Assembly (NCBI GenBank): GCA_977018835.1 | Contig: OZ361256.1 | Span: 2,294,001 to 2,358,000, forward strand | Length of the DNA stretch: 64,000 nt | From: Minutocellus sp. GHC0000111 | Lineage: Eukaryota | Direction: 5' to 3' | In this document: positions 34,081 to 43,680 of the stretch, one piece after another | Numbering within the stretch: the stretch's first letter is position 1 | Layout: each line of letters begins with the position of its first letter | Notes under the pieces: model-generated | Told to the model about the DNA's origin: nothing | Databases searched by the model: none | What the model saw: only the letters and a program-made list of their open reading frames with translations | Position numbers and translations under genes: made by a program

Positions 34081-35728
34081 TCATGTCGAGCCAGTCGCAG
34101 CAATTCCAACCAGCCTCTTTACAATGTCATATATCAGCAATTGCACCGTCACGATGAGGCCAACATGAAGGAACCGCGCCCGCATACCACGGAAGTAACC
34201 CTTCAGACCCTCCTTCTCCCGAATTTCTCTGGAAAAGTCCCACACAGTCTGATCACCTTCATGAGCATTGACCGCACTCAAGAGCATATCGCCCGGCTGA
34301 GAGGTGATAGTCGACATGACGCTGGCCGCAAAGGCAGAAACGAGAGGAATTAGCAGCTTCATATTCGCATCGATCGCCATTCCCCAGCCCTTCACCGCCA
34401 TGTACGCCGCAGTTGTAATGAAGTCAAACGACACATTCTTTGTGATTGTGTAAGGGACTGTAGAAGAATAGTGCAGAGAGAAAGAAATTATGTGAGAATA
34501 TATATTGGTAATGTGCGGCAAAATTTTTGCTTTGACCAGAATCAGCAAATGCGCCACTTACCCTGCTTGAGCATCATGGCATTGATTCCCTTCCACAGAC
34601 CACCCACGCCCTCGTACTTGACCATGCGGAGGAAGCCGTTGACCCAGCCACCACCCCGATCAAAGTCCGGCTCCGAGACCAGCCGGATCCTCAATGCCTC
34701 CATCGGACAGAGCATCAGCGAGGCCGCAACGCCGGAAACACCACCGCAAATCACAAAGCCCAAGACCTTGTTGTTCAGAGACGCGATCGACGTGACCGTC
34801 GCGAGCCATACCAACATCTGCCGCACGGCCGGCTTGAGAACCTCATAAATGCCGAATTTGACTGCGCCCTCGAAAAGGTAACCCCATGTTGTGGGTCCCA
34901 GCCCAGCAAGGAGCGTTTGGATGCCGTCGTTCTTTACAATCTTCATTGTTGCCTTGACCATCCCCTTCCCTCTGAGCGATGGATCAACCTGCTGCCTCGT
35001 CTGTTAAGTATTTTCGGTTGAAGGGTACACAGTCAACGAGGGAGAAATATCAGCAAAAGATACTTATTACGACAAAAGAAAACGCCGCAAGAAAAATCTA
35101 TTGAAGAACATACCTTGACAACATCAATGGGCGTGGTGATGCCATGTGAAAACGCAGCGCAAATGCCACCGGCGACATAGTACTTCCACGCCCCAGGACA
35201 GGACACTCGGGTAACAGCAGCAAAGGCCGCCACAATGCCGGCGACAGTGGTCCATAGGACCGCCTTGTCGGCGGAAGTGATTTCATTCTGAGCATGCTGA
35301 ACCTTATTCTTCTTGCTGGCCTTCTTCTTTTCGTCTTTTGATCCACCATCAATCGCGGCGACGTCCGCCGCAATGTCCAGGTCATGGTGCTGTTGCTGAT
35401 GATGAGAAATATCACTACTCAAGGAGTTGCTGCTGTTAATGTCTGCCTCACCACCGTCGATGCTGCTCGTCGATGGCGTGCTAATGTGCAAGGCCGAGAC
35501 AGACGGCGGCAAAGAGGAATGATGTTGCCCCCCACCAATAATGGCAGGACAAGGGTTTTGCTTTCCGCAATGTGGGCTAGCATAAGTTTTCGGAACGCCA
35601 CGTTTTGAATTCACCGATTGAAATCCAGATACAAGCCCGGCATTCGCCGACAGAGCGGCTATGGATAAAGCCACCAATGACGTCCGTCTCCTACAAGGCG
35701 TCATTGCTTTGTCTGATGCGCTTGCCAT
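34081..35728 (-). CDS. Mitochondrial-carrier-family phosphate carrier with N-terminal signal/transit extension, 3 exons (35728-35114, 35000-34562, 34457-34081)
   Basis: AGGICAAFSHGITTPIDVVK|TRQQ, GLGPTTWGYLFEGAVKFGIYE, CPMEALRIRLV, KQ|VPYTITK, SQPGD; canonical in-frame splice sites. Confidence 0.9.
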
Positions 35729-36452
35729 TTGTTAATTCAAATCTAGGCCTTCTCTTCTTTCCTTCGCTCGGAGAGAGGTTCTGCAATATCGAGGGAACAC
35801 AAAACATGCGACGTGTTTGCGAGGTTAGGACAAGGGCCAAACGAAAATAAAATGCTAACATACAGCGCAAGAAGTCCGCAATGCAACCTGCATAATTCAG
35901 CGAAGACGAAGGGGTCTGTCGCACTTGACCGTAGAAAGCAATGCACCCATCCAAACAGAACCCGCACCGGTCCGCACGCGTACGTCATAGGCCTCATCTC
36001 ACATGCAGGACGTTCCTTCACCTCGTGTTCCTTACGCCGTCGCCGATCAAATCAATAGAAGACTTACTTCTTCTAACAGTGAGGTCACTGCCTGATCTAC
36101 TTCCCGCTCTCAATAAGTATGTGAAGCGGTAGCAGCAGCGGCAGAAGAAATGACACGTGATGTTCCTTGAAGCGGTTTTCGTAATGAAAATTTCAGATAT
36201 CGTTTCGATTTGACATCAAGGTGAGCAAAATCGATCAGATTTCCGGGTTTCTTTCTGCTGAATTGTCAAAATGCCGTCTGGCCGTCACCAGGATACCTGC
36301 CCGCTCGTCGTATCGTCCAAACCTCAAAAACCAGCACATCTTGTGTTGGCAGGCAGCTTGCAAGCAGTCGGCACCTGCGCTCCCTGTACCTCTTTGCTTA
36401 TCCTCACTCTTTCACCACCACTCAAATAAAGACCACATAATAATTCGCAACC

Positions 36453-37298
36453 ATGGCGCGCCCGGAGGAAAAGGCGCAAAACATGATGAACAAGTGGGTG
36501 AAGATGAAGGAGGATGGCGGTGCCGCGGGGGACGGGGGGCGGTCCGACCCCCGCTCCCAACGGCGGCCGCACCTGGCCAGCCTGTGCGAGCATCTGCACG
36601 ATTGCGAGAAGTGGCGCCGGCAGATCGTGAGGGACATATCCGATGGCATTTCCAAGATCCAAAACCCCGGCCTCGGCGAGCATGCCATCCGTGACTTGAA
36701 CGATCAGATCAACAAGCTGTTCCGGGAGAAGTGGCACTGGAACCGTCGGATAAAGGAATTGGGCGGGCCGGACTACAACTACCTGGAACGGAAGCAGCAG
36801 ATGGAGGAGGGCGACGTTCAAGGCGGCCTGGGCCTCAAGGGCAGCGGCGGGTATCGGTATTTTGGCGCTGCCAAGGAGCTGCCGGGAGTCAAGGAGTTGT
36901 TCGCTCGTCATGCCGCCAAAATATCCAAGCGGAAGCGAGGAGATATCTACAAGTACATCACGCCGGATTACTATGGCCTGCGCGATGAGGAGGATGGTGT
37001 CATCCTCGAGCTGGAGGAGGAATATGCCAAGAAGCGCCGGGCCAAGTACCAAAAGGCTCGTGCGGACTACCGGCAAAAACTCGAAGCACAGAGGGCCAAG
37101 GTCAAGGCAGAGGGGGGAGACGTTGATTCTCTCGTGTCATTGGATTGGGAAAGTGATGCCGAAGACGAAGGGTTGGGAGGTATCACTGGTGCAGCAGATG
37201 CCATTGCCGCTCATGTGGCCGTCCCCACCCAAGAGATTGTGTCAAAGGTCATTCTCGAGAGAAAAAAGAAGGAGCTACTGGAGCGGTTGACCATGTGA
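36453..37298 (+). CDS. ISY1: Pre-mRNA splicing factor ISY1
   Basis: MARPEEKAQ, KIQNPGLGEHAIRDLNDQINKL, IKELGGPDY, GYRYFGAAKELPGVKELF, YYGLRDEEDG. Confidence 0.95.
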   Translation: MARPEEKAQNMMNKWVKMKEDGGAAGDGGRSDPRSQRRPHLASLCEHLHDCEKWRRQIVRDISDGISKIQNPGLGEHAIRDLNDQINKLFREKWHWNRRIKELGGPDYNYLERKQQMEEGDVQGGLGLKGSGGYRYFGAAKELPGVKELFARHAAKISKRKRGDIYKYITPDYYGLRDEEDGVILELEEEYAKKRRAKYQKARADYRQKLEAQRAKVKAEGGDVDSLVSLDWESDAEDEGLGGITGAADAIAAHVAVPTQEIVSKVILERKKKELLERLTM

Positions 37299-37442
37299 TA
37301 TAAATTAAGACCTTTTACTACGTAGTACTGATAAAACTTAGTTCTTACAGATATTTTGTGCTTATGAACAAGTTCGGTACTAGTATGAATGATGTGGGTT
37401 CTCTAATTCAATAATTCTAAGACTCTGGCATTTCCTTCCTCC

Positions 37443-38693
37443 TCAAAATACGAGCTCGTACCTAGGTACGAGAGAAAGGTACCCAACAAGTGCAATCGCC
37501 GAACATACGCCAGAAGCCGCATTAGTACGACCTGCCATGAGTGATGCAGCGCTTGTACTTGTGGACGGAGGCGATTGTGGCAAGGTAGGCTCGGGTGACG
37601 GGGTGGTCTCGCCGTCCATGCGTTCCGTTGGTGCATCTGTAACAGCTTCAACCACTTCGGTCGGCTGAGCAGTTGGGATCGAAGTAGAAACCTCTGGCAC
37701 ACCGGTAGGACTTGAGGTTGTATCATCATCTTCCGTTGGGGAGCTGGTGATGATAACAGTAGTTGGAACGGATGTGGGTGGGATGATTTCTTCAGGCGAA
37801 GGTTCGGTGGCAGTAAAAACAGTGGTAGGGACGGGCGTATCTTCTGCTTTCATCAGGGTAGGAGATGATGTGGGCTCAACACTGTCAACGTCCACATCGG
37901 GAGCCTCCTTAGTCGGCTCGAATGTAGGACCATCGCTGTCACCACCCTTGTCCAGACCATCGATGCAAGCGCTCTTTCCACCGGTATCTGAAGCTTCCTC
38001 ACAGCAAGCGGCAACTTGGCAGTAGGCATTGGAGCTTTCGCAAAAATCGTCATCAGGATCGATGAGAGGATCCTCTACATTTTCTCCGGGGGTGCAAAGA
38101 TAACAGGCGGAGGCGTAGTACGCACACATGCAGGCCTGCTGGTCTTCATTGCTGGCAGCCTGGAATGCGTCAAAGCTACCGAAAGTGCCATCGAGACACT
38201 CATAGTACTGGCAATAAGAGGCTACGTAAGGACCGCCACAGCCAGTTGGAGGAGATCCCGCGTACGGACCCTCCAGTTTGCACCCTGCCACGGCAGTATC
38301 AAAGCATTGCTCTTCGTCAACTGCATAGCCTTCCTCTACGCACTCACAAAAGTCACGGTCCTGAAGAAATCTAGGAGCTGATGCGATATCGTTCCCACTC
38401 GCATCTCCGGCCTTGTGGTAGGACAGAATGCCAACGTCTTCGCCTCCCTGCTGATCTTCTTGGTCTATTTTCAAGAGACGATCAAGATCATCGTCTGCTT
38501 TCAAGGTAGACTTAAGACTTCGAGCCTGACGTCTCAACTGCTGACGCTTGGCCCATTGGCCACCTCCTCCTTGGGTTCGGATCTTCTGCTGATGATTGGC
38601 GTGGTTGAAGGCGACGATCCGTTTTGCGTCGACCACCGATGCACATGCGACGCTACCACCAGCGAGCAAATACGTCGCTAGCTGTAGCCTCAT
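37443..38693 (-). CDS. Secreted/cell-surface protein: Cys-rich domain, Pro/Thr-rich stalk, GPI-like tail
   Basis: Signal peptide, RFL motif before the Cys-rich block, PT-rich repeats, hydrophobic C-terminus after SAAS. Confidence 0.8.
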   Translation of the reverse strand: MRLQLATYLLAGGSVACASVVDAKRIVAFNHANHQQKIRTQGGGGQWAKRQQLRRQARSLKSTLKADDDLDRLLKIDQEDQQGGEDVGILSYHKAGDASGNDIASAPRFLQDRDFCECVEEGYAVDEEQCFDTAVAGCKLEGPYAGSPPTGCGGPYVASYCQYYECLDGTFGSFDAFQAASNEDQQACMCAYYASACYLCTPGENVEDPLIDPDDDFCESSNAYCQVAACCEEASDTGGKSACIDGLDKGGDSDGPTFEPTKEAPDVDVDSVEPTSSPTLMKAEDTPVPTTVFTATEPSPEEIIPPTSVPTTVIITSSPTEDDDTTSSPTGVPEVSTSIPTAQPTEVVEAVTDAPTERMDGETTPSPEPTLPQSPPSTSTSAASLMAGRTNAASGVCSAIALVGYLSLVPRYELVF

Positions 38694-38933
38694 AGTTGAT
38701 GAGCAAATATGAAAGAAGAGGCAGGTTCTACAGACAGCATGCGGTCTCCTCCGTGATAGCACCTCTTGGCTCGTGCCAAAGGCCAAAGATCCACGAGTTG
38801 GCATCAGTCATCTCAAGATCGAAAAGCTCTCGCCTCCCGCCCGAGAGAGCTTTTGAGGTCATTGGGCGCACGTTAGCAAAGCGAGAGCAACAGAGCATAC
38901 CTAGGTAGCAACCAACCTCATTTTTACGATGCG

Positions 38934-40817
38934 ATGGCGTCCTCCTCGGTGGGCGCCGCACCTGATACAGGCGCGGCTAGTACCGCCGATCTGGTCGAGA
39001 CTCTCACTCGACGCAATGTATTCGATACGCCCGAGGGGCTAGCCAGACGATACCAAGTAGTGCAGACACTGGAGGACTTACTGGGCCGATGGTCTGATGG
39101 CTTGACCCCGGTCACCACCTCCCCTCAAGTGGGAGCTGCAGTCACAACCGCCACTGCCGATAAGAACCAGGAGACTCCTCAAGCCCGACCGGTGATCATA
39201 TGCTTCGGTTCGTATCGTCTGGGTGTGCACAATCCCACGGCTGACATTGATGCCCTGGCGCTGTGCCCGCCGCATTGCACTCGGGCGGACTTCTTTGGCA
39301 GCTGGGTCACTCTACTGGAGGAGGACGACAACGTGGAGGATTTACATCCCGTCCCGGGTGCCTACACGCCGGTCATTAAATTTTGCTACGGGGGCATCCA
39401 AGTGGACATGGTGTTCGCGCGCCGGTTTCATGGGATGAAGCTGCTGCATTATCACAACAGCCAGAAGTACCCTACTACTACCACTGCTACACCAAGTCGG
39501 AAGCGACCCCGTCCTGGTTCAGATGTGTCATCATCTCCGTACGATCCGACTAAGGAAGGCTGGCAGAAGTCGGTATGCGTATTTTACAAACAAGGGCGAT
39601 GTACTCGTGGATCAGACTGTCGATTCTGGCACGAGGACAACCGTGAAGATGAGCCGTCTTTGCCTTCGTCAGAGCATGATGACGAGGACGAATCATCACC
39701 AACCGATGAAACTGACCAAAGATCCCGAACTGATTTGGCTCTTGACGATACCGATCTAATTGGGCTGGATGAAGCTGGAGTGAGATCCATCAACGGATGT
39801 CGTGTTGCGCAATTTTTACTCGAGCACGTTCCCGACATTGAAAAGTTTCGACTTGTATTGCGAACGGTGAAGGAATGGGCGTCGTGTCACGGGCTCTATT
39901 CCAACGTGCTTGGATATTTAGGGGGTGTCAATTGGGCCATACTTGTCGCCAAGATTTGCGTGATGCATCCCGAGGATGCGTCTGTCCCAGAGCTACTGCA
40001 CTCTTTTATGAAAACATATGCGACATATGATTGGTCCATGCCGATAACGCTCGCAAAACTATCATCCAAGCCACCGACCAACGTCCCAGTAATGCCCGTG
40101 TGGAATCCCAGAACGAACCCAAGGGATCGATCTCATATCATGCCCATCATCACCCCATGCTATCCCATGATGAACTCGTCATACAATGTTGGCCACCCAC
40201 AGCTACGACGCCTGCAGCAAGAATTTGCACGTGCAGAGCAAATGATTGGAAATGTCATACAACGCAAAGGAAGGTGGGACGAGCTATTCCAAGATGGCCG
40301 ATCGTTCTTCCGCCATCATATTCACTTTGTTCAAGCGACTATAACGGCCGCAGATGACGATTCATTTAGGGTTTGGCAAGGCTACTGCGAATCGAGAATC
40401 AGGAATCTGATTGCCGCCTTGGAATGCGACAAGGCTGGTACGCAAGCCCACCCATTCGCTAAATTCTTTCGGCAGAATGACACGTGTGATTTTTGTGCCG
40501 AAAGCGAAAATACCGGTAGTGTTCGCAGGTCACTCTTTTATGTGGCATTGCGATTTTCTCCGGATGCTGAATCAGTTGATCTGAAGCCACTTCTAGAAGA
40601 TTTTCTGAACATGCTCAATTCGTGGGATGGGAGAGAGGATGGCATGGATCTTGATGTGACTGTGTTGCCACAAGACGAGCTCCCTCACTTTGTGTTTGGT
40701 GATGATGAAGATTACCGGAATGATGCAGGATTTGACGACAAGCATGACAACGAAGATGACGACGATCGAGAGAAAATGGGCAGCACAACCACTAGCATAG
40801 GAATGTGTAACGGATAG
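38934..40817 (+). CDS. PAP: Canonical poly(A) polymerase with inserted CCCH zinc finger
   Basis: FGSYRLGVH...ADIDAL, AYTPVIKF, RSINGCRVA, GLYSNVLGYLGGVNWAILVA, MPIITPCYPMMNSSYNV, WQGYCESRIR. Confidence 0.93.
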   Translation: MASSSVGAAPDTGAASTADLVETLTRRNVFDTPEGLARRYQVVQTLEDLLGRWSDGLTPVTTSPQVGAAVTTATADKNQETPQARPVIICFGSYRLGVHNPTADIDALALCPPHCTRADFFGSWVTLLEEDDNVEDLHPVPGAYTPVIKFCYGGIQVDMVFARRFHGMKLLHYHNSQKYPTTTTATPSRKRPRPGSDVSSSPYDPTKEGWQKSVCVFYKQGRCTRGSDCRFWHEDNREDEPSLPSSEHDDEDESSPTDETDQRSRTDLALDDTDLIGLDEAGVRSINGCRVAQFLLEHVPDIEKFRLVLRTVKEWASCHGLYSNVLGYLGGVNWAILVAKICVMHPEDASVPELLHSFMKTYATYDWSMPITLAKLSSKPPTNVPVMPVWNPRTNPRDRSHIMPIITPCYPMMNSSYNVGHPQLRRLQQEFARAEQMIGNVIQRKGRWDELFQDGRSFFRHHIHFVQATITAADDDSFRVWQGYCESRIRNLIAALECDKAGTQAHPFAKFFRQNDTCDFCAESENTGSVRRSLFYVALRFSPDAESVDLKPLLEDFLNMLNSWDGREDGMDLDVTVLPQDELPHFVFGDDEDYRNDAGFDDKHDNEDDDDREKMGSTTTSIGMCNG

Positions 40818-40905
40818 AGTTGTTGATTCCGGTGCCATTGTCTAGATCTATCATTTGTAAATCAGATTGACCTTCAGACAATTGCTTCAGTCAGACGCGC
40901 CTCAT
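40699..40905 (+). repeat. First copy of a ~200-bp diverged direct duplication of the PAP 3' end (second copy 40994-41009 + 43312-43463, split by the transposon)
   Basis: gtgatgatgaagatta|ccggaatgatgcaggatttgacga...cagcacaaccactagcataggaa...tatcatttgtaaatcagatt present in both copies. Confidence 0.9.
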
Positions 40906-41190
40906 GCGCGCTGAGCGCCTGGTACAAAATCCACGTGGCGGATTTTTGGGCCCTCCGGCAAAAATCGTCCACATCGCGGCACAACATCATCTCGTGATGA
41001 TGAAGATTACGAGGTCAGATTCGCGAGAAATCGAGCGCCCGGTTTTTGACTGCTTTCGAGGGGATTGAAAAGCGCCTCGAAGAATAGTCATGCTGAAATA
41101 TTTAAGAAAATGGCTATTTTTACTCTAATTTTGATTTATCTTCATGTGAAACAATAATTCGGACAAGACTTTAGATTTCAGCGGCTCTAA

Positions 41191-41800
41191 TCAAATGGAC
41201 GCGTTCGTGCGACGCGACGGTTCGGCCTCCATCTCGTCTTCATCTTGAACGATGGCATGATACTCGCCTCGGATCGGCAGTACGATGCATTCGTCCCGGA
41301 TCTCGCACCACAGCCAATCCGGGATGAGCTTGAGCTTCTTTAGCTCCCGCTTCACGCCGTTGAACTTGTAGATGAAGGTAACTGAGGAGTGGAACATCTC
41401 CGCGGCCTTGTCGTACACCGATTCAGTTATTGCCACGACATCATCCATGTCGAGGGGCATGTTCTCGGCCCTTATCGCCCGGCAGACGAGTCGACTGACG
41501 ACATTGAGGAGCATGTGCTTCTCAAAATCCTCGGGCCCGTCAATCTTGAGAGTTTTCTCCTGGTCAATGATGATGGCCAAGACAGCGGTGAGCATGTGTT
41601 CAATCCATTTGTGTCTCGGGCGGAAGTCGAAGCTGAGCATTTCGATGACGCGATCGGCATACTTGGACCGGTATACTGCTTCCCAACGAGTGCCGATGAT
41701 TCATCTGATTCGGCCGCCTTCCGTTCTGTCATCGACGATCTTGCAACGGCGACCCGGCGGCATACTGCACCATGTCTCTTTGCAATTGCCAAGTGCAGGG
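41191..41800 (-). pseudogene. Passenger ORF inside the transposon, antisense to the transposase, with an in-frame TGA at 41701-41703
   Basis: ORFs 41191-41640 and 41701-41895 are in the same frame, separated by one stop; coding-like composition. Confidence 0.5.
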
Positions 41801-43136
41801 GGAGCAGGCAAAGGTGGACTATTCGGTGCTGTCCAGCGCAGAGCATGGTGCACGATTTTCGGGATGGATGAAGGCGTATGGTGCTCTACCTGCATCTGAG
41901 AAGGCGATGTGGGAGATGAAGAGGAGATCTCATCTGGCTATGCAGCCATACATTCGAGATGTTATTGTTGATGCTCTGATACTACGAAATCCTCGGGAAT
42001 CTTGGCGGGAGCTGGAGGTGGATGTCAACTTTTGGTGTTCCTACTCGGCAATACGGCGGTGGATAATGTCGCGGGAAGGGTTCCGGTACTATGCCGAAAG
42101 GATCATCCCTCTCCTTACTACACATCAGATGGAGAAACATTTGGCATTTGCGCGGAAATTCCGAAACAATTGGGGGCTCGGCGGTGGCAAGTTTCTCCTT
42201 GTTATGTTCGATGAGAAGTGGTTTTGGGGCTTGGTTCTTCGATCGTATGCCAAGCAAGTTGCAGAATTGGGTATTGATCCTCGGTCCTTCTCGGCATGTC
42301 ACCGAAATCACATCAACAAGTGCATGGTGGTGGCTGTCACTTCCTTGGCTTTTATTGACAGCATTGAGAATGGCGGCATTGCGTTCAAGCTTGGACTTTT
42401 TCGGGCTCAGGCGCATAAAATTGCGAGGCAGATGGTAAGGGAGGCGGTGCGGCAGGCAGATGGTAGAATCAAATATTGCGGCCCGGTGGTTCGGAAGAAA
42501 GACGATCTATACCTTGTGGATTGCGCGGTGACTGGATGCAGCCATGGCACCCTTGATAATCCCAAGTTCCCACTGAAAGCTTTGTTTGAGAACAAGATAT
42601 TTCCGGATGTTGAGGCTTTGGTCGGACCTGGCGGAAAGTTTGAAGGCTATGTCCCTATTTTCCAGGGCGACAATGCTGGGCCCCATGCCGAGACTGAATT
42701 TGTGGAATATGTGGAAGGATACTGTCGGGACAAGGGATGGCGTTGGGAACCTCAGGCCCCGCAAATGCCCCATATGAATGTTCTTGATCTGTCTGTTTTC
42801 CCTTGCATGTCAAAGCAGCATACAATGTTGTGCCGCGATCGGGAGGGGCTGAAGGTTTTGACAGAGGATCAGACTTGGGATGCAGCGGAGGAAGTTTGGA
42901 TGGGGCTGGAAAACTGGAAGATCGCATCGGCATACATCCAGGCTCATAGAATTGCAAAGAAGGTAATCGTTGCAAAAGGCAACAATGATTTTCTTGGAAA
43001 CGGTGAAGGCATTCATGTTGGGGTGCGAAAGGATTTCAGGCCGACTGAAAATGGCATGGTTCGGATAGATGGGAAAATTATCGCTCCTCCTCCTGCTGAT
43101 CCAACCATGGATGCTTTTAAGTTATATTGTGTTTAA
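41772..43136 (+). CDS. Mariner-like transposase, DD38D triad
   Basis: FDEKWF, QGDNAGPH, PQAPQMPHMNVLDL; HTH-like SWRELEVDVNFWCSYSAIRRW. Confidence 0.93.
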   Translation: MSLCNCQVQGEQAKVDYSVLSSAEHGARFSGWMKAYGALPASEKAMWEMKRRSHLAMQPYIRDVIVDALILRNPRESWRELEVDVNFWCSYSAIRRWIMSREGFRYYAERIIPLLTTHQMEKHLAFARKFRNNWGLGGGKFLLVMFDEKWFWGLVLRSYAKQVAELGIDPRSFSACHRNHINKCMVVAVTSLAFIDSIENGGIAFKLGLFRAQAHKIARQMVREAVRQADGRIKYCGPVVRKKDDLYLVDCAVTGCSHGTLDNPKFPLKALFENKIFPDVEALVGPGGKFEGYVPIFQGDNAGPHAETEFVEYVEGYCRDKGWRWEPQAPQMPHMNVLDLSVFPCMSKQHTMLCRDREGLKVLTEDQTWDAAEEVWMGLENWKIASAYIQAHRIAKKVIVAKGNNDFLGNGEGIHVGVRKDFRPTENGMVRIDGKIIAPPPADPTMDAFKLYCV

Positions 43137-43680
43137 TAATACTAGATTGGATTGTAGATCTGGATACTAGCTGCTGCAATACATGTACTTTGCATTGTAC
43201 ATGTATTCAATGCCGGTAGATCTAAGATTCAGGCGGTTGCGGGCCCAAAAAGTCGCTGTTTTGGTCCCGACCCTGCGCTCGATTTCTCGCGAAACGGACT
43301 TCGTACATGTACCGGAATGATGCAGGATTTGACGATAAGCATGACGACGATCAAGAGAATGGACAGCACAACCACTAGCATAGGAACATGTAATGGCTAG
43401 AGATGCTGATTCCGGTACCATGATCTATCATTTGTAAATCAGATTTACCCTCAGACGCCTCATCCTCAGTCTCCTCAGACCTTGCAACTTGCAACCTTGC
43501 TTGCAGCCTCGGGCTCTGTTCGTCGTCCGGCCGCTTTAACTCGATCTCTCGCCTCGCCTCTAGCCTCGCGCGCGCCCGGCCGGCCGGCTGCAATCAGCTT
43601 CATTTTTTTGCTATGCATGGAGTACATGTAGCGCACCGTCTCTTGTCCCCCCATTCTACACGCTAGATTATAATTATATC

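Larger units (their letters stand above)
41010..43303 (+). mobile_element. Tc1/mariner-superfamily DNA transposon, 2294 bp
   Basis: 29-bp TIRs 41010-41038 / 43275-43303 (26/29 match), flanked by TA (41008-9, 43304-5); empty site visible at ~40713. Confidence 0.95.

Noticed and set aside
41191..41895. Fanzor/TnpB cargo in the mariner element
   Set aside because: No RuvC or zinc-ribbon motifs, and too short.
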